Shown: positions 26,048-34,727, counted from the stretch's first letter. The stretch: DNA of 34,727 nucleotides from a virus (IMGVR_UViG_3300036987_000229:1-34727); one strand, 5' to 3'. The notes: generated by a model from the sequence alone, not told the origin. Numbers and translations are program-made.

Positions 26048-27921
26048 ACAGGCTCAACAATAACCGCCTGTAATATGTGCCTGCAATTATCCCTATTTAC
26101 GCCCGTATTTGGGTCGTGATACCATCCCCCACGGTGCAAAACAAAACTTTCGCCGTCGAGGTTTTTCATTGCCAACAACTCAGCGTAGGTGTATAGCTTG
26201 CCTTTTTTCAATAGTTCAGCGCAAAATTTACGGTTGCGGTCGTCTCGTGGCCCCCAATACCTGTACTTAATATTTACATTATACTTTTTTTTTGGCTCTA
26301 CACTTACGGCATCGCGTTTAACGGTTACTTTACCCGCGCTCTCGTCCGTAGTGTATTGCAGCATATTAAGCTCTTGTATTCGGTTAAGCCCCGCAATAAC
26401 AGCCTTTTTATTTGCGCCTGTTTTTTCGGCCAATTCATCCAAAGTGTATTCGTCATCCGCAATCAATAGCCCCAATAGTTCGCTTTCTAAATCGGTCAAA
26501 TCGGCAAACTTATGGCTGGCAAAGTTCAAGGCTTTTATTCTACCTTCAAAGGCTTCATATTCGCCCTCTGATTTGTAGCGCGGGCAATTAATAGCAGCTA
26601 TTACACGGTACCTATCGCCCGGCTCTCCAATGTTATCAAACTTTGCCAATGCCGCTTGCAATGGGCTTTGTGGTGGTTCGGATGGGCTTAATGCCGGCGG
26701 CGTGTCGGGTTTGGCTTCTAACACAGGGTCGTTAATGTATTGACCAACGGCTTTGTTCAGTCCACCGCTTGATTTCAATACCTCAACTATTGTAGGCTCG
26801 CTAAATACCAAGCTTAAAGGAGGTTGTGGCGGGAATGTTAATTCCCCGTCAATTCCTATACTGTTAAAAAACGATGTAAGGTCGCTTTCAACCTCATATC
26901 TACGCGATGATAAATAGTTGTTTTCAAAAAGTTCGTAGGCATCCAACAACTCATTACGCCCGCCCAATTGCCCCTCTGTTTTTTGGCCGAATAACATGGG
27001 GCTGGTAACCTCGTGCGCGGTGAATATACCTTGCACTACCTGTGGCAATAAGTTTTCGTAAAGGTCGGGTAGATTAGATGGGGCAATGCGTAATATCTCG
27101 AGTTTATTCTCGCCACCCCCCGTAAAGTACAACACGATTTCACCGGCATTATCGCTACCCGAAAATTTGTTTTTGAACATATTGTCGTATTGCGCTTTGT
27201 CGGCTGCAAGTTCGGGTGCTGGCTCGGGTATTGCCACCACAACATCCGCGCTGAACATCGTTTTTGCCGATACCAAATTGAAGTTATTAATCTCAACTTC
27301 TGTTTGCACTACGGCCAGTCCACCCATGTAAGGCGGTAAAGGGTATATCTTAGTGCCGGGGTCGGTGTGGTAATTATTCCAAACTTGCTCGTACAATTCG
27401 GGCTTGTTGTACTTGTTGTGCTCTATAAGGTCAAACGGTCTTACGGTGCGCTTAAAATACGGCTCTATCGTTTGCTCCTTTGTCCAGTTGTTTGAGTGAT
27501 AAAAAATATCGCAATACTTGTTTGTGCGCATTGCGCGGAATGGTAAATGTTCAAAGGTTTTTAGGTTATTGTTCAGAGGATTAACCGTTGCTTTAAAATA
27601 GTAGCCGTTAAACAGTTCGTAGTCGCGGATTATCCTAAATAGCAAATCTTTGAACCTGAACCGTTTTGACAGCTCGTCAAATTTTGCTTTGCCCGCTCCG
27701 TTCCACTCCGGCCCTTTGCCAAAAATATACTTTGCCTTACCGTTTACAATAGCCGAATGTGTAGGGCTATACTGATAAGATGCAATAAGGTACTCAAAGT
27801 AACTGTTATCCTTACCCGCCCAAATCCATGGAAAGTTTTTGTTTTCACGAATAAACGGCGGTTTGTGAAAGTCCCCCGCAAGTTTTATGTTTAAAAATGG
27901 GCTATGTTTAGTTTCTGACAT
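26044..27921 (-). CDS. Portal protein with C-terminal extension
   Basis: 'GKDNSY...L...Y..SPTHSAIVNGK', 'IFTAHEVTSPMLFG.KTEGQLGGRNEL'. Confidence 0.85.
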   Translation of the reverse strand: MSETKHSPFLNIKLAGDFHKPPFIRENKNFPWIWAGKDNSYFEYLIASYQYSPTHSAIVNGKAKYIFGKGPEWNGAGKAKFDELSKRFRFKDLLFRIIRDYELFNGYYFKATVNPLNNNLKTFEHLPFRAMRTNKYCDIFYHSNNWTKEQTIEPYFKRTVRPFDLIEHNKYNKPELYEQVWNNYHTDPGTKIYPLPPYMGGLAVVQTEVEINNFNLVSAKTMFSADVVVAIPEPAPELAADKAQYDNMFKNKFSGSDNAGEIVLYFTGGGENKLEILRIAPSNLPDLYENLLPQVVQGIFTAHEVTSPMLFGQKTEGQLGGRNELLDAYELFENNYLSSRRYEVESDLTSFFNSIGIDGELTFPPQPPLSLVFSEPTIVEVLKSSGGLNKAVGQYINDPVLEAKPDTPPALSPSEPPQSPLQAALAKFDNIGEPGDRYRVIAAINCPRYKSEGEYEAFEGRIKALNFASHKFADLTDLESELLGLLIADDEYTLDELAEKTGANKKAVIAGLNRIQELNMLQYTTDESAGKVTVKRDAVSVEPKKKYNVNIKYRYWGPRDDRNRKFCAELLKKGKLYTYAELLAMKNLDGESFVLHRGGWYHDPNTGVNRDNCRHILQAVIVEPV

Positions 27922-28309
27922 AAATTGTTGGGGTTGGATTATATGTATAGGTCGGTGTTGGGGTTTCGGTGCCCACTACTACTACCTTGCCTTGCTCTAC
28001 CAGTTCATCAGCAAGCGCGGGGTCAAGGTTGGTGGTTGAAGTTTGGGCGTATATCTCGTAATACCAACTTGCGCCGGTATAAATCAAATTTACCTCTCCG
28101 TTTAGCGGCGTTGGGCTGCTGGTGTCGGTAATGGTAAATTCATTATAGCGGTCGGGGTACGGGCTGCTGTCTTGAGCTATACAGCTTTCATGTTGCCCTT
28201 GTAATTCTTCGCGGTAAAACACGAATAGGTACACTGGGTTGCTTATTGTGGTGAGTTCAGTAACGGTTACAATCACCGTATTTGCGCTATTTTGAGAGAT
28301 TACAATCAC
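27908..28309 (-). CDS. Structural protein upstream of portal
   Basis: 'VTVTE.TTISNPVYLFVF', 'RYNEF.I', 'LVEQGK'; GTG after late-type motif. Confidence 0.65.
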   Translation of the reverse strand: MIVISQNSANTVIVTVTELTTISNPVYLFVFYREELQGQHESCIAQDSSPYPDRYNEFTITDTSSPTPLNGEVNLIYTGASWYYEIYAQTSTTNLDPALADELVEQGKVVVVGTETPTPTYTYNPTPTIYVRN

Positions 28310-28317
28310 TAGTAAAC

Positions 28318-28376
28318 TAACGGGGAAAATATTTTTATCTTTTTTCTTGTTTATTTGAAAAATAATTGTATCTTTG
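28318..28376. promoter_or_regulatory. Divergent promoter unit
   Basis: TAACGG 28318-28323; TATCTTTG 28369-28376. Confidence 0.75.
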
Positions 28377-28395
28377 TTTCAACAAATCAGATAAA

Positions 28396-29316
28396 ATGGA
28401 AAAATTTATTTATTTAAGGAATGAAAAATTTGAATGGACTGCATTTGAGTACGATGGAGATTTAAATACAGAACTATCAGAGCATTTTACCAAAATGGAT
28501 ATTGAAATTGGCAACGCTACCATAATCGGCAACGCTACTAAAATCGGATGGCGTACCAAAATCGGCGACGATACTAAAATCGGCAACGCTACTAAAATCG
28601 GCGACGCTACCACAATCGGCAACGCTACCACAATCGGCAACGCTACCATAATCGGCAACGCTACTAAAATCGGATGGCGTACCAAAATCGGCGACGATAC
28701 TAAAATCGGATGGCGTACCACAATCGGCGACGATACTAAAATCGGCAACGCTACCATAATCGGCGACGCTACCATAATCGGCAACGCTACTAAAATCGGC
28801 GACGCTACCACAATCGGCAACGCTACCACAATCGGCAACGCTACTAAAATCGGATGGCGTACCACAATCGGCGACGATACTAAAATCGGCAACGCTACTA
28901 AAATCGGCGACGCTACCACAATCGGCAACGCTACCACAATCGGCAACGCTACCACAATCGGCAACGCTACTAAAATCGGATGGCGTACCACAATCGGCGA
29001 CGATACTAAAATCGGCAACGCTACCATAATCGGCGACGCTACCATAATCGGCAACGAATTATGTTTTGGAATTAGGTCTATTGTTTCCGATAACACAAAA
29101 TTAATTACTGGGCTTTTTATAAAAGGTTCACTCCATGCTGTTACTTACGTAGGTAATGGTAAGGTATCAATTGGGTGCTATTGCTTAACATTTAAGGAAT
29201 GGCGGGATTCAGGATTAGTAATCGCTGATACCGAAGAATACGACGAAACAACCATTGAAGAATATCGTTTTTATGTGGATTTATGTGAAAAATTTCATAA
29301 CCAAAATTATAAGTAA
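28396..29316 (+). CDS. Hexapeptide-repeat (left-handed beta-helix) protein
   Basis: 30 xxT(I/K/T)IG repeats; C-terminal 'VSIGC...TFKEW' domain. Confidence 0.85.
   Translation: MEKFIYLRNEKFEWTAFEYDGDLNTELSEHFTKMDIEIGNATIIGNATKIGWRTKIGDDTKIGNATKIGDATTIGNATTIGNATIIGNATKIGWRTKIGDDTKIGWRTTIGDDTKIGNATIIGDATIIGNATKIGDATTIGNATTIGNATKIGWRTTIGDDTKIGNATKIGDATTIGNATTIGNATTIGNATKIGWRTTIGDDTKIGNATIIGDATIIGNELCFGIRSIVSDNTKLITGLFIKGSLHAVTYVGNGKVSIGCYCLTFKEWRDSGLVIADTEEYDETTIEEYRFYVDLCEKFHNQNYK
28513..29052 (+). repeat. 30 x 18-bp coding tandem repeat
   Basis: Consensus AACGCTAC(C/T)A(A/C/T)AATCGGC with eight recurring variants. Confidence 0.95.
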
Positions 29317-29333
29317 CAGCCACAATAACTACA

Positions 29334-29371
29334 AACAAAAGCCCCTCACTTAATTGTGAGGGGCTTTTGTT
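29334..29371. terminator. Bidirectional terminator
   Basis: AACAAAAGCCCCTCAC-N6-GTGAGGGGCTTTTGTT between converging genes. Confidence 0.9.
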
Positions 29372-29385
29372 ATTTAAAATATCTG

Positions 29386-29895
29386 CTAAGTAATAGTGGC
29401 TATCACCGCTTCGGCGACCTCTTGCGCCAATGCCGGTTCTTGCCCTCCAAATTGAAGGTTGTATCCGTTCCGGTCGCCCGGTGCTGTGCCTGTTGCTCCG
29501 CTCCCAGCGTTCAGCATAAGCCCCCGTGTTTTGCCGTACCACCAGTTTTTACCGTTATTATCCTTAACAATAACATACAGGTAGTTTTGGGCAAGCAGTA
29601 GTATTTCGGTTCGCTTGGCGGTTTCCATTTTATCCAAATTGATTTCCACCAACTGGTCAAAAAAGATAGTACCGTTTTCCTGACTACCCGTTATAGTTTC
29701 GGTCGCCTGCGAAGTGTACCGGCGTACCTCGTATTGGTAAAATATCCGTGTTGGGCTTAATGTTACCGCTGTTATTACCGCGCTTGCCTCTGTGAACTGG
29801 TCGGCATCACTGAACGTAGCAAGGTACACGGTATTGATACCCCCGTTACTATCGCGGCAATCTAAGTTAAACCCTGTTGTTAATGCACAAGCCAT
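29386..29895 (-). CDS. Major tail (tube) protein
   Basis: 'MAC.LT.G..LDCRDS.GGI', 'ENGT.FF.Q', 'VKDNNG', 'GTA.GDRNGY.L.F' typical of Bacteroidota siphophage tube proteins. Confidence 0.75.
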   Translation of the reverse strand: MACALTTGFNLDCRDSNGGINTVYLATFSDADQFTEASAVITAVTLSPTRIFYQYEVRRYTSQATETITGSQENGTIFFDQLVEINLDKMETAKRTEILLLAQNYLYVIVKDNNGKNWWYGKTRGLMLNAGSGATGTAPGDRNGYNLQFGGQEPALAQEVAEAVIATIT

Positions 29896-29948
29896 ATTTT
29901 TTCTCCTTTTTAATTATTGGGCGGCTGTTACACCGCCCCGTTTATGGT

Positions 29949-30959
29949 TTATGCGTTAGTGTACTCAACTATTTCGGCTGGGAAAGTAATTTGGGTGCCC
30001 AACTTGAATTTGCTACGGAACTTCACCAAATCGGTGTTGATGTCGTACCACAGTTGCCAGTTGGTAGGGTCGTTCTCAACATCGCAACCGATATAGAACG
30101 AACGTTTACGGCCTGCAAAAATCCTGTTGGTGCCATCAAGTCCGTGCAGGGCTTTGATGCGTATTTTGGTACCCAAAATTGGCATTTCCCCCGCATCCAT
30201 AGCCGCGCTGTTGGTGCTATCGTAGTGGAAACCTGCGCTGTTGTTTTGGTTTTTCAGGTTAATAATCAACTTCCTGAAAGTATCCCATCCGCAAGGAACA
30301 AACACGTCTTCTTTGTTCAGCAACGCGGCGGGTAGAGCAAGCAAAATATTATCAAATATGCTGATAGCATTTGATGTGGTAATGCTTGATTCGTTCGATG
30401 TATTACCATCAATCACACCCACGGCGGCATCAATGGTTTTTATGAACCCGTCAAATTTATTCAGGTTGGGATTACCGCTTGCGGTATCACCTTGCCAGTA
30501 TGCAACCTCCATCACTTGTGCAATAAGCCCGGCAATAAAGTCCATCAGTTCGGCAGGTGCAACATCTTCTGCATACGAACCGGCGGGCAAAAGTTTTTGT
30601 GTGATGAAGTCGTTTAGTTCATCCAAACACCACGATTTTGCGGTGGTAATGGGCGACACTTCCAATATAGCCTGTGTGAATACAGTATCACCGGTTGGGG
30701 TAAACGTAGGGCAATCGCCGCCGGTTTGCAGGTATATGGTATCATCCATTATGTTGATAGCCTGCTGGTGTTTTATGCCAGTCCAAACCTCCACAACTTC
30801 GGGCGTTTTGCTATCAAATAAGGACTTTGTTAAAAAGTCCAAAGGCTCCTGTTCGGTGTATTCAGGTAGTCCTGCGGTATCATAACCGAATTTAAAAGTA
30901 TTCAGTTTTACAAAAAAGTCTTTGATAACCTTCTGCTGCTTAAATGTATATCTACTCAT
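29949..30959 (-). CDS. Major capsid protein
   Basis: Follows protease and scaffold; 'YWQGDT', 'FDGFIK', 'FKLGTQI.FP.EIV'. Confidence 0.85.
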   Translation of the reverse strand: MSRYTFKQQKVIKDFFVKLNTFKFGYDTAGLPEYTEQEPLDFLTKSLFDSKTPEVVEVWTGIKHQQAINIMDDTIYLQTGGDCPTFTPTGDTVFTQAILEVSPITTAKSWCLDELNDFITQKLLPAGSYAEDVAPAELMDFIAGLIAQVMEVAYWQGDTASGNPNLNKFDGFIKTIDAAVGVIDGNTSNESSITTSNAISIFDNILLALPAALLNKEDVFVPCGWDTFRKLIINLKNQNNSAGFHYDSTNSAAMDAGEMPILGTKIRIKALHGLDGTNRIFAGRKRSFYIGCDVENDPTNWQLWYDINTDLVKFRSKFKLGTQITFPAEIVEYTNA

Positions 30960-30980
30960 TTTATTGGTTTTACAGGTTAA

Positions 30981-31565
30981 TTATTCTTCTTTAAGGCCAT
31001 CCCTTATTTGCTGCCATTTTTTGGGGGTTAATTCACCACCGGGTTGTTGTATTTGTTTTTTAGCCTGTTTGCTGCCGGGCGCGTCGAAGTCTATCAGGTC
31101 AACTATTTTACCCACAGTTTCACTAAATTTTTGAAATTCTGTTTTTGAAACAAATTTTTCAGCTTTCAAGGTGGCAAACTCTGCTTTGGTGGCCGCAAGG
31201 CCTTTTTTCAAAGCCTCCATAGATGCCATAAGGGCTTTCATTTGTTCGGGCATACCCGCACCTGTTTGGCCGGGTTCGCCACCCTCTGAAATTATTTCTT
31301 CAATAAGGCCATTTTTCACACTTATTTTTATACCACCATCCAAAATGTATTCACCATCGGGGGCTGCTGTGCCATCTTCCAACACGGCCATAGCACCTTG
31401 CGCAAGGTCAGGTTCTACTTTAATCAACGTACCATCGCTGGTTTTGTAGTCCATAAACTTATGGGTTTCGACATCTTTCAGTTTTTTTGCATCTTCCAAA
31501 AACTGTTTGGCTTTTGCCTCGTCGCCGCCAAAGGCATTTTTTATTTTATCCCAGTTAATTTTCAT
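30981..31565 (-). CDS. Scaffold protein
   Basis: 'APDGEY.L..G..I.V..G.I.EI' plus coiled coil, between protease and capsid. Confidence 0.7.
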   Translation of the reverse strand: MKINWDKIKNAFGGDEAKAKQFLEDAKKLKDVETHKFMDYKTSDGTLIKVEPDLAQGAMAVLEDGTAAPDGEYILDGGIKISVKNGLIEEIISEGGEPGQTGAGMPEQMKALMASMEALKKGLAATKAEFATLKAEKFVSKTEFQKFSETVGKIVDLIDFDAPGSKQAKKQIQQPGGELTPKKWQQIRDGLKEE

Positions 31566-31566
31566 T

Positions 31567-32205
31567 TTATATTTCGTTTAAAAGTTTTTCTAAATATTCA
31601 AAATCGGTGTCCTGTGTTTGCGCAAGGCTCTCCAACAATTCACTTACCCACTCGTAGTTTTCAATTTGCGCAAACATACCTTCAACGCTAAACCCTCTAA
31701 ACTTTCCGCTCTTAACATCAGCCCACACCTTATTATCTTCGACTTTCGCCATTGCAAACCAAGTCCCGTCGGGCAAGTCTTCGTAGTACGAAGGGGGGGT
31801 TATACCCGCTGCCTTGTCGATAATAAAAGTTTGGTAAATGAACACGCCTTTGGTTTTTTGGCGGTCATTGTGCATAATGTTGAACTTGCTAAGGTTGCCC
31901 TCACGCATGAACTTTAGTACACAATGCTCAATAGTTTCAGCGGTAAAGAACACATCAAAATCGTTTCCGTCGGGGCTTTTACGGTATATAGGTAAGTCGG
32001 GTATCATCAATGGCCCTGCTACTACCCTTTTTTCATCTTCAAAAAAATACTTGTACGCCTCGCGCTGTTTTTCTTGCGCCTCTTGCGCTGTAAAGGCAAC
32101 CCAATTTTTTTGGATTGCGGGCACATCAACAAGGGCGACGTAGTCAACCCCCGATTGTGTGTCATCGGTAATAATCAGTTCGAATAATGGGCGTGGTTTG
32201 TTCAC
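31567..32205 (-). CDS. XkdF-like prohead serine protease
   Basis: 'VALVD.PAI', 'GPLMIPD..IYR', 'NIMH', 'P.GTWF...KV....W..VK.G..RGFSVEG'. Confidence 0.85.
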   Translation of the reverse strand: MNKPRPLFELIITDDTQSGVDYVALVDVPAIQKNWVAFTAQEAQEKQREAYKYFFEDEKRVVAGPLMIPDLPIYRKSPDGNDFDVFFTAETIEHCVLKFMREGNLSKFNIMHNDRQKTKGVFIYQTFIIDKAAGITPPSYYEDLPDGTWFAMAKVEDNKVWADVKSGKFRGFSVEGMFAQIENYEWVSELLESLAQTQDTDFEYLEKLLNEI

Positions 32206-32212
32206 GCGATAA

Positions 32213-32271
32213 TAACGCCATAAAATATTTTATGGCGATTGTTGTAAGTTTGGAATATTGTTGTATTTTTG
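32213..32271. promoter_or_regulatory. Divergent promoter unit with 22-bp palindrome
   Basis: TAACGC 32213-32218; CGCCATAAAATATTTTATGGCG 32216-32237; TATTTTTG 32264-32271. Confidence 0.7.
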
Positions 32272-32503
32272 TTTCAACAAATCGGATAAACAAATGAAAA
32301 TAGTACTAAATTTTGAAAACGGAACATCAACTACAACAGACGTAGCAAACTACTTTACAAGTGAAATGATTACCGATTGCTTTGTTGGCAAAGACCACAA
32401 AGGCTATGGTTTTGTAAAAAGCTGGGTAAAACACGGATAAAAATAAATAACGTATTCCTGACATCGGGAATACGTTATTACACCCCGCGCCCGTCGGGGA
32501 ATA
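32261..32503. repeat. ~240-bp direct repeat, copy A (promoter, gene, hairpin)
   Basis: Matches 34620-34727 and 1-127. Confidence 0.95.
32294..32440 (+). CDS. Small hypothetical early protein (48 aa), duplicated
   Basis: ATG after promoter and shared leader; second copy starts at 34653. Confidence 0.7.
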   Translation: MKIVLNFENGTSTTTDVANYFTSEMITDCFVGKDHKGYGFVKSWVKHG

Positions 32504-32507
32504 AGAG

Positions 32508-34565
32508 CTAAACTACAACCGTAGCCCCGCGCCTGCGTTCAGCAGCACGTAGATTGGCTTTGCGTAAATCGCGTTCCGATATATCTACATTTACATTCAC
32601 GTTTGTTGTGCCGCCCACAGTGCTTACTGCTTGTATTTTATCGGGAGCAGCAATAACTCCCGACGGCGGCTGTATGTTAGAACTATGGCCACTACTCAAC
32701 ACCTGTCTTATCTTACCCGCCGTAGCTAATATATTTGCGGCTACGGTAGCGTATTTGATAGCCGCCGCAATCGGTTCGGGCGTAGTGCCATACGTTGCCG
32801 CAAGTGCCGAACTTAAAGCGCGGGCAGTATCAATACCAATCTGCACCAGTGCCAAAGCCTTTTGTGTATCGGTAAGCCCTTTGCCTTCTACTGCTACAAT
32901 CTGCGACAGGTTACCGAATACGCTTGCGGTTTGGGCGTACAATTCCTGCCTTGCTGAAAATATATCTTTTTCCCTTTGCAGCCTTTGTTCTTCGCTGTCC
33001 GTAGCCGCCTCGTTTGTTGAGGTTATTACAGCAAGATACTGCTGATACATCTTCGCATCAGTTTCTTTAGAAATGTCATATTTTAACGCGTTCAGAAATG
33101 ATTGGGGGTTTTTTTGAGGGTCAAATTCATCTGATAGCCTTTTGTTTCCGTCGATTACAAATTTGAAAAAACTATCAATATCCCCCTTCATTTTTGGGAA
33201 CTCTTCACGTATTGTTTTGGCTTGCTTTTCTACCGTTTTTGTGAAGCCCTGCAAAGGTTCAGCACTTAGTTGCGACAGGTCACCAAATATTTTAGACTGC
33301 TCTGTATTTAGGTTGTTGAGTTCATCTAACAGAGCCTCCATTTCACCCGTAATAAATACTGAATACCCTTCGGCTGATTTTGCAGGTATTTCAAACAACC
33401 TATTCCCGAACGCATCAAAACTCTCTTCAATTTTAGCCCCCTGTTTTTCAAACGTGCTTATAATTTCTTGTATGCGTTTTTCAATCCCCCCCGCAATTTC
33501 TTCTTTCGCTTGCGCCAACACCTTTGCCCGTATTTTTTCTACTATCTTACCGTATGCCTCGGCAACCAGCCCCGCAAACTTTGCTTCGTCCTTAAGGTTT
33601 TGAATAGTAATCCCGTATTTAGAGTTAATTTCATCAAGTAGGTCTTTCCGTTCTTTGCTTGTAGAGTTAGTTTCAAGCAACCTATCGGTAAGCCTCCGTA
33701 ACTCTACTATTTCACCGGCATACAGTTCGTTTGTACGCGATATAGCTTCGTTATTACGCTTTTGCGCTTCGGTTAATTCTACTGTTGCATCACTACTATT
33801 AGATAGCCATTCAACAATTTGTGGTAAGAACGTAACGGCCAATAAGGCCAGCCCAACCCCAGATGCTGCTAAAACAGTATTAAAAGTAGCAGTGGATAGT
33901 GTGCTTGCTTTTACCGCGCTGTTATATAGATTCTGCGCCGTGGTGGTAAGGAATATCCGCGCCGCGCTATCCTTTTGCAAGTTACCCTGTATCTGTTGCA
34001 AGCTGTTAAGGATAAGCATTGTAGCATTTACTTGCGTCAATACTTTGTCCAGTTCTTTACTTTGCCCGCCAAATAGGGCCATTGCCCCCTGCACCGCACC
34101 AAACCCGCTTGTAACAAGAGATAATGAACCTATTACGCCCGCCAAAGCCTGCTCACCTAAACTATCTTTAAATAACTTAGACGTGTTGGTGGCTGCTTCA
34201 ATTTGCCCCGTCAAATCCCCGGCCTGCTTTGCAAGATTGATGTAGGCAGGCGAGCCTTCCTCCATAGTTGCAAGCTCTTCAATAATCTTGCGTAGCTGTG
34301 TTTTTAAAGGTATTGCGGCTTTTTCAGCTTTTTCTATCCCCCCGGCAAGCTCTTTTGTTTCATTTGTCGTGCCCTTTATTTGCGCCTGCAAAGTTTCCAT
34401 TTGCTTTGCCAGCCCCTTACCAAACGCGCTCTTTTTTTCCGATTCGTTCAGTTTTAGATATTGCGCCGCCGTTTCGCGAAGTTCAGCGTTCAGCTTGTCT
34501 AACTGGTTTGCCGCGTCCTCTGCGTTGGTGTCAACAGTAATTTTTATAGCTTCCTCGATTGCCAT
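32508..34565 (-). CDS. Tape measure protein
   Basis: Ala-rich helical/coiled-coil 685 aa; 'GFGAVQGAMALFG'. Confidence 0.8.
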   Translation of the reverse strand: MAIEEAIKITVDTNAEDAANQLDKLNAELRETAAQYLKLNESEKKSAFGKGLAKQMETLQAQIKGTTNETKELAGGIEKAEKAAIPLKTQLRKIIEELATMEEGSPAYINLAKQAGDLTGQIEAATNTSKLFKDSLGEQALAGVIGSLSLVTSGFGAVQGAMALFGGQSKELDKVLTQVNATMLILNSLQQIQGNLQKDSAARIFLTTTAQNLYNSAVKASTLSTATFNTVLAASGVGLALLAVTFLPQIVEWLSNSSDATVELTEAQKRNNEAISRTNELYAGEIVELRRLTDRLLETNSTSKERKDLLDEINSKYGITIQNLKDEAKFAGLVAEAYGKIVEKIRAKVLAQAKEEIAGGIEKRIQEIISTFEKQGAKIEESFDAFGNRLFEIPAKSAEGYSVFITGEMEALLDELNNLNTEQSKIFGDLSQLSAEPLQGFTKTVEKQAKTIREEFPKMKGDIDSFFKFVIDGNKRLSDEFDPQKNPQSFLNALKYDISKETDAKMYQQYLAVITSTNEAATDSEEQRLQREKDIFSARQELYAQTASVFGNLSQIVAVEGKGLTDTQKALALVQIGIDTARALSSALAATYGTTPEPIAAAIKYATVAANILATAGKIRQVLSSGHSSNIQPPSGVIAAPDKIQAVSTVGGTTNVNVNVDISERDLRKANLRAAERRRGATVVV

Positions 34566-34572
34566 ATTGAAT

Positions 34573-34630
34573 TAACGGTATAAAATTGTTTGGTTTTTTC
34601 TTGTTTATTTGAAAAATAATTGTATTTTTG
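34573..34630. promoter_or_regulatory. Divergent promoter unit
   Basis: TAACGG 34573-34578, 7 nt from ATG 34565; TATTTTTG 34623-34630. Confidence 0.75.
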
Positions 34631-34727
34631 TTTCAACAAATCGGATAAACAAATGAAAATAGTACTAAATTTTGAAAACGGAACATCAACTACAACAGAC
34701 GTAGCAAACTACTTTACAAGTGAAATG
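34620..34727. repeat. Left part of repeat copy B (partial duplicate gene from 34653)
   Basis: Identical to 32261-32368. Confidence 0.95.

Noticed and set aside
28513-29052. CRISPR array
   Set aside because: Contiguous in-frame 18-bp units with no unique spacers and no cas genes
28410-29096. 228-aa antisense ORF (ILVALP repeats)
   Set aside because: Stop-free only as a by-product of the repeat; no promoter or start context seen
32554-34575. Multiple plus-strand ORFs opposite tape measure and other structural genes
   Set aside because: Antisense shadows of strongly supported minus-strand genes

Overview
The window is an essentially complete ~34.7-kb tailed (siphovirus-like) phage genome, opened inside a ~240-bp repeat. 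The host is very probably a Bacteroidota, based on many TAnnTTTG '-7' promoters, leaderless starts and no Shine-Dalgarno motifs noticed. The minus strand carries the core genes: tape measure, XkdF-like protease, scaffold, capsid, tail tube, portal, adaptors, holin, Sak/RecE-like recombination, DUF1376 initiator with iterons, DnaC-like loader, an ECF-like sigma factor, a glycosyl-/methyltransferase cluster, an Acb2/Tad1-like protein, terminases, a frameshifting tail chaperone and tail proteins. Small plus-strand cassettes are wedged between the structural modules. The most striking signals are regulatory. (1) Six divergent promoter units place a leftward (C/G)CGTTA motif, 7-8 nt before mostly GTG starts of structural genes, exactly 50-51 bp from a rightward host-type TAnnTTTG promoter. 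(2) A ~55-nt promoter-to-terminator unit at 22982-23036 is antisense to the shared leader and AUG of four cassette genes, a candidate multi-target sRNA. (3) A ~580-nt non-coding tract of seven back-to-back structured RNA domains includes an enlarged tRNA-like fold. (4) A 50-nt mini-tRNA-like element lies just before terS. All product calls come from motif recognition by eye; no searches were run.
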